Shown in pieces: positions 30,571 through 40,488 of a DNA stretch of 64,000 nt (position 1 is the first letter of the stretch; every line of letters begins with the position of its first letter). Location: assembly GCA_046483495.1 (NCBI GenBank), contig JAWODC010000088.1:1-64000 (forward strand), given 5' to 3'. The position numbers and the translations under genes were made by a program. This DNA is from Desulfobacterales bacterium (GTDB lineage: Bacteria > Desulfobacterota > Desulfobacteria > Desulfobacterales > UBA5616). Under the pieces are notes generated by a model. It ran no database searches. It saw only the letters and a list, made by a program, of their open reading frames with translations, and was not told the origin of the DNA.

Positions 30571-30714
30571 AGTGTCCATCCATAAATGGCCCTTTCACGC
30601 AATTTCTGCGTTGGACCCAAGATCGAAATCCTCAAAATAGTATACTATTCCTGCGGTTTCGATCTTGGGTCCGCCTTGAACTCACGCGAAATTGCCTATT
30701 TCTGGATGGACACT
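30571..30714. repeat. 144-bp palindromic dispersed element (MITE/REP-like), intact copy
   Basis: Terminal IR AGTGTCCATCCA...TGGATGGACACT; nested IR GGACCCAAGATCGAAA / TTTCGATCTTGGGTCC; central AATAGTATACTATT. Confidence 0.85.
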
Positions 30715-30779
30715 GATACGTTCTCTCACTCCGGTGCTGATTGCCAAGGTGCCCGGGCCCTTTCATTTCGGAGTGTAGA

Positions 30780-31019
30780 ATGGAAATCGAATACATCCTC
30801 TTTGCCTCATTTTCCAGGTATATGCCTGTTAAAATGCAGGAAAAACCGTGTGTTGTCTCGTTGTCGGAAGGCGCGACAATTGGAACGCTCATCGAATTTT
30901 TGAACCTTCCCAAAAATTCACCTAAGATGATATTTTTAAATGGTGTCAGGGTCGAGGAAGATGTTTTGCTCGAGAACGGAAACCGGGTGGGCATCTTCCC
31001 ATTAGTGGCCGGTGGGTAA
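30780..31019 (+). CDS. MoaD/ThiS-family sulfur carrier
   Basis: 79 aa ending in 'FPLVAGG'; lies directly before AOR. Confidence 0.88.
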   Translation: MEIEYILFASFSRYMPVKMQEKPCVVSLSEGATIGTLIEFLNLPKNSPKMIFLNGVRVEEDVLLENGNRVGIFPLVAGG

Positions 31020-31065
31020 ACATATTGGGAATGTCAATCACCTTTTTAAAGAAAGGAGGCAATAC

Positions 31066-32802
31066 ATGGACAAAATCCTTAGAATCGATATGGGAGCCGA
31101 CGGCGGACCGAGCATCAGTGAAGCAGAACCCGGACCCTATGCCGGGTTAGGCGGAAGAGCATTGACCTCGGCTGTAGTTTCAAAGGAAGTGCCGCCCGCA
31201 TGTCATCCATTGGGTGCTGACAACAAACTGGTGATTGCCGCCGGTTTGCTGAGTGGTACGACGGCTGCAATGTCCGGTCGTCTGTCTATCGGCTGCAAGA
31301 GCCCTTTAACCGGAGGAATAAAAGAGGCCAATGCCGGAGGACAGGCAAGTCAGGTCCTGGCCCGGTTGGGCTATGCGGCTGTTGTTATCGAGGGTAAACC
31401 CGCCGATGGCACGGCATATAAGATCGCAATCAACAAGGACGGGGTAACCATCACCCCTGACAGTTCCATCAAGATGCTGGGAAACTATGATCTCGTTGAA
31501 AAAATGAAGGCGGAATTCGGTGAAAAGATCGCGTGCATATCCATCGGCCAGGCGGGTGAAATGAAAATGTACGCATCTTCCATTGCCATAACGGACATGG
31601 AGGGGCGTCCCACTCGTCATGCGGCGAGGGGAGGCGTGGGCGCCGTTATGGGCTCGAAGGGGATAAAGGCCATTGTCCTCGATGATGCCGGAAGGACAAT
31701 GAGACCGGCAAAAGATCCGGAGAAATTCAAACGGGCGAATCGGAAGTGGGTGGAAGGCCTGAAGAAACATCCGGTAACCGGGGAAGGGCTGCCTGCCTAC
31801 GGCACAAACGTGTTGACAAATGTCATTAATGAAGCCGGTGCTTATCCCACCCGTAATTTTTCAAGTGGGCGGTTTGAAGGCGCATCCAAAATCAGCGGGG
31901 AAACCCAGGCCGAAACCGAGACCGCCCGGGGCGGCCTTGCCACCCACGCCTGCCATCGGGGCTGCGTCATCCGGTGCTCCGGAATTTATCATGACAAGGA
32001 CGGCCACTACCTGACCAAGCAGCCGGAATATGAAACCGTTTGGGCCCATGGCGGAAATTGCGGAATCGATGATCTGGATGCCATTGCCATGATGGATCGC
32101 TTAGACGATGATTTCGGCCTGGATACCATCGAGATGGGCGTCACCCTCGGGGTGGCCATGGAGGCCGGTATGGCTGAGTATGGTGATGCCGAGGCGGCCA
32201 TTCAACTGGTCAAAGAGGTGGGCAAGGGCACGCCTCTCGGCCGCATTTTAGGCAGTGGTGCGGCCGTTGCCGGAAAGGTCCTCGGCGTGGAAAGGGTCCC
32301 GGTTGTGAAAGGCCAGGGGTTGCCGGCATATGACCCCCGGGCTGTCAAGGGAGTCGGTGTAACCTATGCCACATCCCCCATGGGGGCGGACCACACGGCC
32401 GGTTATGCGGTGGCCACAAATATTATGCAGGTGGGCGGAAAAGTCGATCCCCTTAAGGCGGCAGGGCAAATCGAGCTGTCCCGAAATCTCCAGATTGCCA
32501 CCGCAGCAATCGATTCAACCGGCATGTGCATTTTTATAGCATTCGCGGTATTGGATCAGCCGGAAACATTCCAGGCCTTGATCGATATGATCAATGCATT
32601 TTACGGTTTGAATCTGACCGCTGATGACGTGACCGAGTTGGGAAAATCCGTACTTAAAAACGAAAGGGAGTTTAACATACGCGCCGGCTTTACGGCTCAA
32701 GATGACAGGCTTCCCGAGTACTTTGTAAAAGAAGCGCTCCCGCCCCATAACGTGACGTTCGATGTAGCGGATACGGAACTGGACGGATTGTTCAACTGGT
32801 AG
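31066..32802 (+). CDS. aor: Tungsten-dependent aldehyde:ferredoxin oxidoreductase
   Basis: 'KSPLTGGIKEANAGG', 'GVGAVMGSKG', 'CHRGCVIRC', 'PEYET', 'AYDPR', 'MGADH'. Confidence 0.93.
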   Translation: MDKILRIDMGADGGPSISEAEPGPYAGLGGRALTSAVVSKEVPPACHPLGADNKLVIAAGLLSGTTAAMSGRLSIGCKSPLTGGIKEANAGGQASQVLARLGYAAVVIEGKPADGTAYKIAINKDGVTITPDSSIKMLGNYDLVEKMKAEFGEKIACISIGQAGEMKMYASSIAITDMEGRPTRHAARGGVGAVMGSKGIKAIVLDDAGRTMRPAKDPEKFKRANRKWVEGLKKHPVTGEGLPAYGTNVLTNVINEAGAYPTRNFSSGRFEGASKISGETQAETETARGGLATHACHRGCVIRCSGIYHDKDGHYLTKQPEYETVWAHGGNCGIDDLDAIAMMDRLDDDFGLDTIEMGVTLGVAMEAGMAEYGDAEAAIQLVKEVGKGTPLGRILGSGAAVAGKVLGVERVPVVKGQGLPAYDPRAVKGVGVTYATSPMGADHTAGYAVATNIMQVGGKVDPLKAAGQIELSRNLQIATAAIDSTGMCIFIAFAVLDQPETFQALIDMINAFYGLNLTADDVTELGKSVLKNEREFNIRAGFTAQDDRLPEYFVKEALPPHNVTFDVADTELDGLFNW

Positions 32803-32833
32803 ATTAAAAACCCAAACAACACCGAACCGGGAA

Positions 32834-33442
32834 TTGCCGACGGTGAATCTGTGCCTATCGTTACCTGCTGAAAAGACGGCTGTGTTTTACCCGATTCTAC
32901 AGGACGGGTTGAACATCCGCACGGACATTCACTGCAGTGTAAAACAGTTCCTGCAAACGACCTTTCACATATCTCGGGACTACATCGAATCCCGAATCCC
33001 CACCATCATGCTCAACGGAAAAGCCGTAGATGATCTGAACACAGCCTTTCTCGAAGAAAACTCGACGCTTGCCCTGTCCTCCGCCATGCCGGGATTGGCG
33101 GGGGCGACCCTCCGCAGGAGAGAATCCCTGTCTCCCATGCGTTCCGGAATAACCTACCGGGAGCAAAAGAAACCTGAGCAAACCCGAAGAGGAACCCTGA
33201 AAATAAAGTTTTTCAATGTCTTGATCCGGGAGCTGGGGCTGAAGCTGCTTTATCAGGGGATCCATATGAGAGGCATGGATGTTGCGGCATTGCTTCGGCA
33301 GCTCATAAATTCATTAAAGGTCGATTGTGCGCAGATCATCCTCGATGATCAGGAAATCACCATGGATGAATTGCAGAAAACGAAGATGTTCACCCAGGCG
33401 GGTGTAGAAGAAGTGTTTTTCCGGGTCGTTGGGAGAATTTGA
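32834..33442 (+). CDS. Hypothetical protein downstream of aor
   Basis: 202-aa ORF, co-oriented with aor; 'LNGKAVDD...LALSSAMPGLAGATLRR'. Confidence 0.7.
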   Translation: MPTVNLCLSLPAEKTAVFYPILQDGLNIRTDIHCSVKQFLQTTFHISRDYIESRIPTIMLNGKAVDDLNTAFLEENSTLALSSAMPGLAGATLRRRESLSPMRSGITYREQKKPEQTRRGTLKIKFFNVLIRELGLKLLYQGIHMRGMDVAALLRQLINSLKVDCAQIILDDQEITMDELQKTKMFTQAGVEEVFFRVVGRI

Positions 33443-33529
33443 TCCTGTCTTGTTCTTCGACAAAATCGATATTGAAGCTCTTTGTAGCCATTCTCATAGA
33501 ACACCAAGTACTTACAGGAGGATTTTACC

Positions 33530-34144
33530 ATGCTGAAAATCAAACACCGGAGCTTACTGTCCCTAACAATTTTCTTCTTTGTCGTCTCAGGCATGATTGC
33601 AAGTGCCCACGGCCAGTGGGGACCGCCGGGGGGACAACAAACACCTGCAGAACAATACCCGGACCCGTTTTCATCCTCTCCGCATCAGCAGCAGCCGTAT
33701 TCACCTCCGGCTCAACCCATATCTCCCCAGTCGGGCGGTGCTCAACAGCTAAACGATGCTCTCGGTCGATTCCGCCTCAATCTCCCTTCAGGAACCGTTC
33801 CCATGGGCGCCACATACAACTTCAGTGTTCCCGCCGCGATGTGCCAGGTCAGCATTATGGCAGTAACCCAAGACCAGATGTTCCAGATGCAGCAGCAAAA
33901 CTTTCCCAATATGTTGAGGCAGATGGGTGGAACCATAGATGCAGAGCAGTCCATGGAAGTCCAGGGGCGGCCTGGGCGCTTCATCACCGCTACGATGCGC
34001 GATCAAAACTCGGGAACCGCGATGCATTCCATGAATGTCTTCATCAGCAATGGCGGTATCTGGGTCCAGGTGATGGGTCCGGAACAGAATGTTCAACAAA
34101 TAAGCCGGATATTCAATTCGGTCTTGGCCGGCCTGCAGTTTTAG
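33530..34144 (+). CDS. Hypothetical exported protein (Pro/Gln-rich linker, small globular domain)
   Basis: AGGAGG RBS, signal peptide, PQ-rich N-terminal region. Confidence 0.75.
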   Translation: MLKIKHRSLLSLTIFFFVVSGMIASAHGQWGPPGGQQTPAEQYPDPFSSSPHQQQPYSPPAQPISPQSGGAQQLNDALGRFRLNLPSGTVPMGATYNFSVPAAMCQVSIMAVTQDQMFQMQQQNFPNMLRQMGGTIDAEQSMEVQGRPGRFITATMRDQNSGTAMHSMNVFISNGGIWVQVMGPEQNVQQISRIFNSVLAGLQF

Positions 34145-34274
34145 CGGACAATTAAAAACAAACTGATATCATTTGGGAAATGAGCGGCAAGGGAAATTTG
34201 CCATCTGCACGTTGACCTGTATGCGGCCTGTCTGCCGGAGAAAAAAGCCGGATTACTTGCCCATATCGTTTCTG

Positions 34275-35537
34275 TTATTGATTGAATTGCCAGAGGGGAA
34301 TCTCACGGAAACGCTCGTAACCTTCGGAAGCGTTCAAATTTTGGACAATCTCTTTGGACCAGGCGAGATTTGCACTCCCCCACTCGCCCGTTAAGCTGTC
34401 CTCGACGATGCGTGTTCCTCTGATGACTTCCGTCCATTTGTCGTGTATTCTTTCTTGTGTCTTCACCTGATTCCCTGTCGCCTGTCTATAAATTTCACCG
34501 GCCTCCTTCAGGTTCTGAATTGCGTTTTCGATGCGCTCCTGGATAACGTGCCGGGCTGTTCGGGACGAACCCCAGATCTCAAGAAGGATGGGAAGATTTT
34601 GCGAAAAAGTTTCAGAGGGAGACGCCACATAGGTTGTGTAGAGAATCCAGCTGCCATCGACACCGACATTGCCCAACATGATGTACTGAATGCAGCGATA
34701 CCGCTGATGAGACATTTCATACTCGTAATCGATATAGGCAGCCTGTGTATATCCGGGTACCACCGGTGCAGGGACCGCCTCTATCAAGCGCAGGATATTT
34801 CGGCCGGCCGTTCCCTGCTGTTGGTTCATGGTGTTGACGTACGCAAAGTACTCATTCAGAGCCGTAACCGGATCAGTCGGGTCAAATACCGGCCCCGGAA
34901 TAGGCAGGCCTCCGAGACTTGAAAATTGGGCTGCCGCCGCTCTTGTGTATACGGGTGTCCAAATCCCCCGCTCAATCAACCCATGGGGCCCCTGGGCCGA
35001 GGCCATGCCTTTCTGTGCAAAAGTAATGCCCCACCCGTCCGGTATCCTCATTGAACCGCTGCCATCCGGAAATGGGGTTTCCCGCCAGTTCAAAGCAGAG
35101 GGGGCTGAGACGCTTTGTCCATTTCCGGAGAGTTGAATCAGCTGGGGTAAGCTGGCGCGGATCGTCTGAGGACTATCAAAAATGAAGCCCGATTTTCCGG
35201 CGTTATCGGCGACGATGGCATAGGCAACCCCCACTACCGGTGCACCATTGATTTTGGCCCGGAAAATCACCTCTGATCGCCGATCTTCTGCATCTTTGAA
35301 TCCTGCCACTGCCACCGGTCCTTTCGTAAAGAATCCACCCACTTCTTTAAATGATTTTAACAGCAGATCTGTCGCAGCCCCTGTCCCATATCGAGCAGCG
35401 ATCAGGTGCCCGCCGGTAACCGCCGGAGCAGTCAGCAGCCGGTATCCTTCAGGAACTCCCTGTTCCGCCGGTGCCGGGGTTACCGATGCCATCGCATACA
35501 AGAAATAAATAATAAGCACGCCATATTTCCTGTTCAT
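34275..35537 (-). CDS. Hypothetical exported protein
   Basis: 420-aa ORF, AGGAG RBS, signal peptide ending 'APA'. Confidence 0.78.
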   Translation of the reverse strand: MNRKYGVLIIYFLYAMASVTPAPAEQGVPEGYRLLTAPAVTGGHLIAARYGTGAATDLLLKSFKEVGGFFTKGPVAVAGFKDAEDRRSEVIFRAKINGAPVVGVAYAIVADNAGKSGFIFDSPQTIRASLPQLIQLSGNGQSVSAPSALNWRETPFPDGSGSMRIPDGWGITFAQKGMASAQGPHGLIERGIWTPVYTRAAAAQFSSLGGLPIPGPVFDPTDPVTALNEYFAYVNTMNQQQGTAGRNILRLIEAVPAPVVPGYTQAAYIDYEYEMSHQRYRCIQYIMLGNVGVDGSWILYTTYVASPSETFSQNLPILLEIWGSSRTARHVIQERIENAIQNLKEAGEIYRQATGNQVKTQERIHDKWTEVIRGTRIVEDSLTGEWGSANLAWSKEIVQNLNASEGYERFREIPLWQFNQ

Positions 35538-35829
35538 AGTATCTCCTGAAATAGAAAGGAAAAGAAATAGACTTCATCTTTAGGCCGACGTCCCTGTCAA
35601 AATGCCTTCTATTCGTTTCTCAAATGACGTTGTATTCGCATTTTATTTCGACCGGCTGGTCGTATTGTCATTTGTATAAGGGATGTACTATTATTAAGAG
35701 GAGAACAAATTATGTGGAAATACCCGTCACATAACGTTGCTCTAAGTATCAGAAAAATAGAAAAAATACAAGATCCCAAGCCATTATCCATCCCTGCGAT
35801 AGAAATCGGTCATCCGGATTATTTGTTCA

Positions 35830-36081
35830 TCAAGAGGGTTGTATCGTGATTGAAATAGAGTCCGGGCCGTGCTCGTTTCTTATTTCTTTTTTTAGTTCCT
35901 CGATCAAAAACTCGGCATTAAAATTGTATTTCAGGGATACGGATGCTAATGTTTCAAAAAGAGAATTACAGCAAATGCATTCACCGGCCGCTTTATCATA
36001 GCGCTTAAATACTGCTTCAGTTTCTGGATGGGCTGCGATCACATCCAATAGAGTCATATCAAAAGTGATTTTTGGTTTCAT
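35830..36081 (-). CDS. Small DUF1858-like protein
   Basis: 'ITFDMTLLDVIAAHPETEAVF', 'CICC'; last gene of the yedE run. Confidence 0.65.
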   Translation of the reverse strand: MKPKITFDMTLLDVIAAHPETEAVFKRYDKAAGECICCNSLFETLASVSLKYNFNAEFLIEELKKEIRNEHGPDSISITIQPS

Positions 36082-36117
36082 GTCTTCAGCCTTTAAAATC
36101 GCCCGTATTTTTTCACA

Positions 36118-36187
36118 TACGCTTATGGATTAAAGTTTTTCGGCCAACGCCGAAATGGAGCGAATCAGCCATTTCCGGATCGACACC
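36118..36187 (-). repeat. Half copy of the palindromic dispersed element
   Basis: Minus strand GGTGTCGATCCGGAAATGGC...ATTTCGGCGTTGG...AATCC aligns to the first half of 30571-30714. Confidence 0.55.
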
Positions 36188-36189
36188 AA

Positions 36190-37335
36190 TTAAAACCCGA
36201 ATGCAGCCTGAACAGTGATAAGGTCGATGTCATGTGCATCATAATCGACCCGTGTCCATTCTGCGGTCAGCTTATTGGCCGGCCCTTTGATATAGTAATT
36301 GCAGCCAAGTCCATAAATATGAGTGTTTTCGCTGCCCGATACGTCCGGCAAAATCGCCTGGAAATGCGCAAAGGGCTGAAAACGATCCGAAAGAAGAAGA
36401 CCGGCTTTAGAAGTGAAAACATCACCATCGCTTCCGGAAGTCACATCAGACCAGGTAATGCCGTTGACCGAATTATCGATGCGGGTAAAAGACAGAGCGG
36501 AGGTAAAAGTAGTTGCCCCCACGGGAAATTCCAGGTGAAGGTCGATTGTATAAGCGCTGTAATCCATTTTGCCGCCCCCGATAACGAGATTGTTTTGCCG
36601 GTCGAAGCCGCCACCGATTGCCAGGATTCTTTTCTTCCCCAAATACGTTTCCTGTTTGAACCAGCCCGTTTCCGCATCAAGAAAGTTATAGCTCAAGCGA
36701 CCGGCAAACCTCAAATTATCGTCGGGATTTTCCGTATCGTTTTCCACGCCTTCACCCACCATCAGGCGATATTGAAGCCTGTCCTCGAGAATGTTTCCCC
36801 ACACGGTAACGCCGTCGTCCCGGCCGACTTTGCCCGGGTAGAAAATCCCGCTTCGCAATCCACCCTGCCCCCAATCGAGATCGGTGGTCAGCAGGGCTTT
36901 GGTGGAAGTGGTGCCGTAATTGCGCGTAAAAGGGATGTACATCCTGCCGGCCTTTACCATCAGATCATCACCTGAAAGTTTATACACCACCCAGCCGTCT
37001 CTCAAGGCAAGGCCGCTTCCGAGTCCCAGTGAAGCGTCGCTCAACCCGTCCTGCCCGATGCGGTCCCCGGCATAATGCATGAAAAAGCTCAGGCTCGGTG
37101 TGATAGTCCCCTGAAGGCTGAGGTAGGTGCGCCTGAGCATGAAATCATCGACGTCGTCATCCCAATCGCCGTCTCCGTCTTTGTCGTAGCCGTCTACGCG
37201 CTGGTACCAGGCCTGTGCCCAATAGCTTATACTCAGACTGACGTCACCGTTTCGATACACTTCAAAGCCCCATGCCGCTGCCGGCATCCCCATCAACACC
37301 ACTCCGATAGCACTCAAAAACAGTTTTCTCATCAT
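36190..37335 (-). CDS. extI: ExtI-like (selenite/tellurite operon; OprO/P superfamily) porin
   Basis: Signal peptide; 'FMLRRTYL', 'GRMYIPFTR', 'GRDDGVTVWGN', 'ETYLGKKRILAIGGGFD'; C-terminal Phe. Confidence 0.7.
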   Translation of the reverse strand: MMRKLFLSAIGVVLMGMPAAAWGFEVYRNGDVSLSISYWAQAWYQRVDGYDKDGDGDWDDDVDDFMLRRTYLSLQGTITPSLSFFMHYAGDRIGQDGLSDASLGLGSGLALRDGWVVYKLSGDDLMVKAGRMYIPFTRNYGTTSTKALLTTDLDWGQGGLRSGIFYPGKVGRDDGVTVWGNILEDRLQYRLMVGEGVENDTENPDDNLRFAGRLSYNFLDAETGWFKQETYLGKKRILAIGGGFDRQNNLVIGGGKMDYSAYTIDLHLEFPVGATTFTSALSFTRIDNSVNGITWSDVTSGSDGDVFTSKAGLLLSDRFQPFAHFQAILPDVSGSENTHIYGLGCNYYIKGPANKLTAEWTRVDYDAHDIDLITVQAAFGF

Positions 37336-37367
37336 TTTTCCACTCCTTATCTGAATTTTCACACAAC

Positions 37368-38222
37368 TCAAAAACCTGAACGCTTTAGAACTTCCGGAAT
37401 CCGTTCGATAATTTCAATAACCTGAGTTCCGGGGTGAGGGTTTGCCATCTTTCCGGCCAAACGGCTTATTCTGCAGGCCGACAGGCAGGCGGCTTTCATA
37501 TCTTTCCCCATTCCTGTGAAGGCGGCCACCAGTCCGGTAATGACATCCCCGGTTCCGCCGATCGCCTCCAACGAGGGGACCATGGGTTCGGACACGAAAT
37601 CCACTACTCCTCCGGCGTTCGCAAGAATATCCGTTTCCCCTTTGACGAGAAGATAACGGGCGGCATTATCGTGAGCATATGCAGCCGTAATGAGTTCCGG
37701 AACTCGTTTTTCATCGTGAAAAATAAAGCCCCGGGTATAAAAGGGGTGAGGTGCCGTGTCATCGGCCAGGAAAGCCAATTCCCCGACATCCGGGGTAAAG
37801 ACGTCATAATCGGAGGCCCTGCCGCTCATCTTGGCGGCATACATGAAACCGGCATCAGCGACGAGAACCGGCCGGGCCTCCATTCGATCGACGGCGAACA
37901 GGATCTTGTTGTGCCAGTCTACATCCGGTTGGATGTAATGAAAGGTCAGTCCGGTAAATCGCCGGTCAGGCAGGTCTTCCGAAAGGTGCCGGTATAGCTC
38001 CCGGCTGCCGGCGCCCCGTCCGGTGTCCCCGATCAAATAAACAAAAGGGGCCGGTTCGTTGAAACAGCGGCAGGCCATTTCAGCGGCAGCGATCAATGCC
38101 GGCGTTCCTCGATTGATATCGATGCTTTGATCCCGAACCTGAAGAAACCCATCCCGCTTCGATGCCGCTGCGGCGGTCAATGGGAAATCGTCGTGGGGTA
38201 TCGTTCCAATCACGGCAAACAT
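37368..38222 (-). CDS. Ribokinase-fold (NAD(P)HX dehydratase/ThiM-like) protein of the yedE operon
   Basis: 'VADAG', 'FTPDVGELAFL', 'LLVKG', anion-hole motif 'GGTGD'. Confidence 0.78.
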   Translation of the reverse strand: MFAVIGTIPHDDFPLTAAAASKRDGFLQVRDQSIDINRGTPALIAAAEMACRCFNEPAPFVYLIGDTGRGAGSRELYRHLSEDLPDRRFTGLTFHYIQPDVDWHNKILFAVDRMEARPVLVADAGFMYAAKMSGRASDYDVFTPDVGELAFLADDTAPHPFYTRGFIFHDEKRVPELITAAYAHDNAARYLLVKGETDILANAGGVVDFVSEPMVPSLEAIGGTGDVITGLVAAFTGMGKDMKAACLSACRISRLAGKMANPHPGTQVIEIIERIPEVLKRSGF

Positions 38223-38755
38223 TGTCTGTTCAACTCCTCATAAGCCAACTGTAGCGCATAGCCGCACAAGGTGTGGCCGATGCTGCGGGGAGCCGGAGCG
38301 GCATCCAGCGTTTGACCCACCATTTCACGCGCCAAATAGGGCACATCCGGACATCCGCCTCCCGAGATATTCACGATCACCATAGATTTCTTCTCGATCG
38401 TGATCTTCATGTTGGCGGCCCTGACCATCAAAAAATCTCCGAAATCTCTGATATTAAAAATGTTCACGGGCTCCAGCAAAGGACCGGAAACAGGCACCAC
38501 TTTCAATGGCGATATGTTTACCTCCTCCAGATGCCGAAGGATCTTAAGCTCTTCAATCAGGGGTATTTCAATGACAAGATCACACCCCGTTTGAATTTCA
38601 GGGGGGGGCCCCATCACCCGTATATGCCAACCGCCTTGCTTCAGGACCTGCTCGCCGCGTATGACATGGCTGGTGCTTTCAAATACGATGATGCCACGGT
38701 CCGCTTTGGGAATTTGGGCGGATCTGGATTTCTTTCTTCTCAAAAAGCCCAGCAT
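38210..38755 (-). CDS. DUF3343 domain protein
   Basis: 'F.STSHVIRGE..LK', 'PP.EIQTGCDL', 'SGGGCPD', 'TLCG'. Confidence 0.78.
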   Translation of the reverse strand: MLGFLRRKKSRSAQIPKADRGIIVFESTSHVIRGEQVLKQGGWHIRVMGPPPEIQTGCDLVIEIPLIEELKILRHLEEVNISPLKVVPVSGPLLEPVNIFNIRDFGDFLMVRAANMKITIEKKSMVIVNISGGGCPDVPYLAREMVGQTLDAAPAPRSIGHTLCGYALQLAYEELNRQCLP

Positions 38756-38756
38756 A

Positions 38757-38978
38757 TCAGGAATTCCTGACCAGCATGATATGGTATTCAATACCATCGG
38801 CCTGAATGTCCTTGAGTCCCCATCCCTTCGATTGCGCCGCCCGGATCACGTTTTCTTTAGAGGCGGCATTGTCTACAACGACTTCCATTTCGTCTGTCGG
38901 AGTGGTCTTGATGGCATTCAAGAGCAATAAAACCGGTTGCGGACAGGACAATCCCCTTGCGTCGAGAATCGAATCCAT
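38757..38978 (-). CDS. TusA/SirA-family sulfur(selenium) transferase (YedF-like)
   Basis: 'LDARGLSCPQPV', 'VVVDN'. Confidence 0.92.
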   Translation of the reverse strand: MDSILDARGLSCPQPVLLLLNAIKTTPTDEMEVVVDNAASKENVIRAAQSKGWGLKDIQADGIEYHIMLVRNS

Positions 38979-39044
38979 TTCTGTCTCCTTTCATTATGCC
39001 CGTTCAGAAACGGCTGATTCACGCCATTTCCGGACGGGCACTCA

Positions 39045-40175
39045 TTACGTGGTCGCCTGTTGTGTCGAAGGAACGGCGGTATTCACGCTCATGGACCTCG
39101 TCCTCATTGAAAATCCGATGATCAGGCAAACGGCAAGCCCGATGATTACAGCGGCAATACCGTAGGGCCCGACGCCGGCGGGAGATGAAGCCAGTCCGAA
39201 ATTGTGGGCAATGGCCGCACCCACAACCATGCCGATGACAAATACAGCCGCATCGCCGTCGCCTTCTCCGGCAAGAAAAAGCTGGCGCCCGGGGCATCCG
39301 CCGGCCAGCGCGAATGCAAGACCCGCAAGGACCATACCGCCAAAATTCCAGATGTGCATGGTGTGGGCAACCGGCTGATCTTTGAAACCGGGGCTGAACT
39401 GGCCGAGAATCACGTTCGTTATAAAGGCGACGACGACCAGGGCGGCAACCCCGAGAAAAAGATGGACCTGCCTGAACAGAATCAGATCTCTAAATGCCCC
39501 CATTGTACAAAAGCGGCTTCGTTGGGCTATAAAACCGATGCCGATGGCGGCAAGCAAGGACACGACTAAAGGAGCATGCATAGCCCCCGGTCCTTTCAGG
39601 CTGTAAAACAAAAGCCCGCTCCGGCCCTGGCCCTCGATTTGAGGAAAAAAGAGCATTAATGACAAAAACCCCAACATGATCAGGGGGAAAATCCATCCAA
39701 CCAGCACAGGCGCCTGCTGAGAGCGGCCGAGGTTGTAGCCGTTTTTGAAGAATCGGGTGCCGATCCAGACGCCGCCGACGAGCCCGAGAAGTCCGAGAAT
39801 GGCGTTTCCGTCTCCGCCGGAGAGACGCAGCATGGCCCGCCACGGGCACCCGAGAAAAACCAGGGCACCGATCATAGCAAACACACCCAATAAAAAACGA
39901 ATCAGCGGAGCCGATCCCGAACGCGGTTTGAATTCTTTAAACAGGTAGGCGGCAATGATTGCCCCGATAACGAATCCGATGATCTCCGGGCGCATGTACT
40001 GCACGACGTCGGTCCGATGCAGCCCGATGGATCCGGCGATGTCCCTTTCGAAGCACGCCACGCAAATACCCATATTCCCGGGATTGCCGAGCTTTTGGAG
40101 TATGGGGGCCAGAACGCCTATTGCCGCTCCCACGGAAATGATCCCCCATTTAGTTGCAAACAGGTTCTTTAGCAT
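39045..40175 (-). CDS. yedE: YedE/YeeE-family putative selenium/sulfur-compound transporter
   Basis: 'GNPGNMGICVACF', 'YMRPE', 'FLGCPWR', 'QRSRFCT', 'AGGCPGRQ'. Confidence 0.92.
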   Translation of the reverse strand: MLKNLFATKWGIISVGAAIGVLAPILQKLGNPGNMGICVACFERDIAGSIGLHRTDVVQYMRPEIIGFVIGAIIAAYLFKEFKPRSGSAPLIRFLLGVFAMIGALVFLGCPWRAMLRLSGGDGNAILGLLGLVGGVWIGTRFFKNGYNLGRSQQAPVLVGWIFPLIMLGFLSLMLFFPQIEGQGRSGLLFYSLKGPGAMHAPLVVSLLAAIGIGFIAQRSRFCTMGAFRDLILFRQVHLFLGVAALVVVAFITNVILGQFSPGFKDQPVAHTMHIWNFGGMVLAGLAFALAGGCPGRQLFLAGEGDGDAAVFVIGMVVGAAIAHNFGLASSPAGVGPYGIAAVIIGLAVCLIIGFSMRTRSMSVNTAVPSTQQATT

Positions 40176-40335
40176 GTGAATAAACCTCCCCGAATTGTTG
40201 AATGTGTGATGATCATCTTCAAGATGACTTGATTAAATTAAAAAAAACAATTTATCCAATTGTTAATATTAATGATAAAATCCATATTTATAGACACTCT
40301 CGATCGGCCGTTTTGGTGCTTATAGCTTGATTCTT

Positions 40336-40488
40336 GGACCTGACCCGGGCGAGGAACGGCCGCCCCCGGAGGTGCCGGAAAACGTAAACATCATTGATTT
40401 GGGAAATCTCGGTCTATCTGCAGAAGAGGAGGCAGCCATAGTGTCTTTTCTGAAAACCCTTACAGATGGTTTTTTCAGTCCTGAATAA
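40336..40488 (+). pseudogene. C-terminal remnant of a di-heme cytochrome c peroxidase (Ccp/MauG family)
   Basis: Frame reads ...PPPEVPENVNIIDLGNLGLSAEEEAAIVSFLKTLTDGFFSPE*; upstream in-frame TAG at 40291; no heme motifs remain. Confidence 0.7.

Noticed and set aside
35713..35850. 45-aa plus-strand ORF (MWKYPSHN...) with a GAGGAG RBS
   Set aside because: Short, no recognisable motif, and overlaps the end of the DUF1858-like gene; cannot be supported
35830..40175. Selenocysteine (UGA) recoding in the yedE operon
   Set aside because: All motif positions are Cys codons and the ORFs look complete; no SECIS-linked truncation seen
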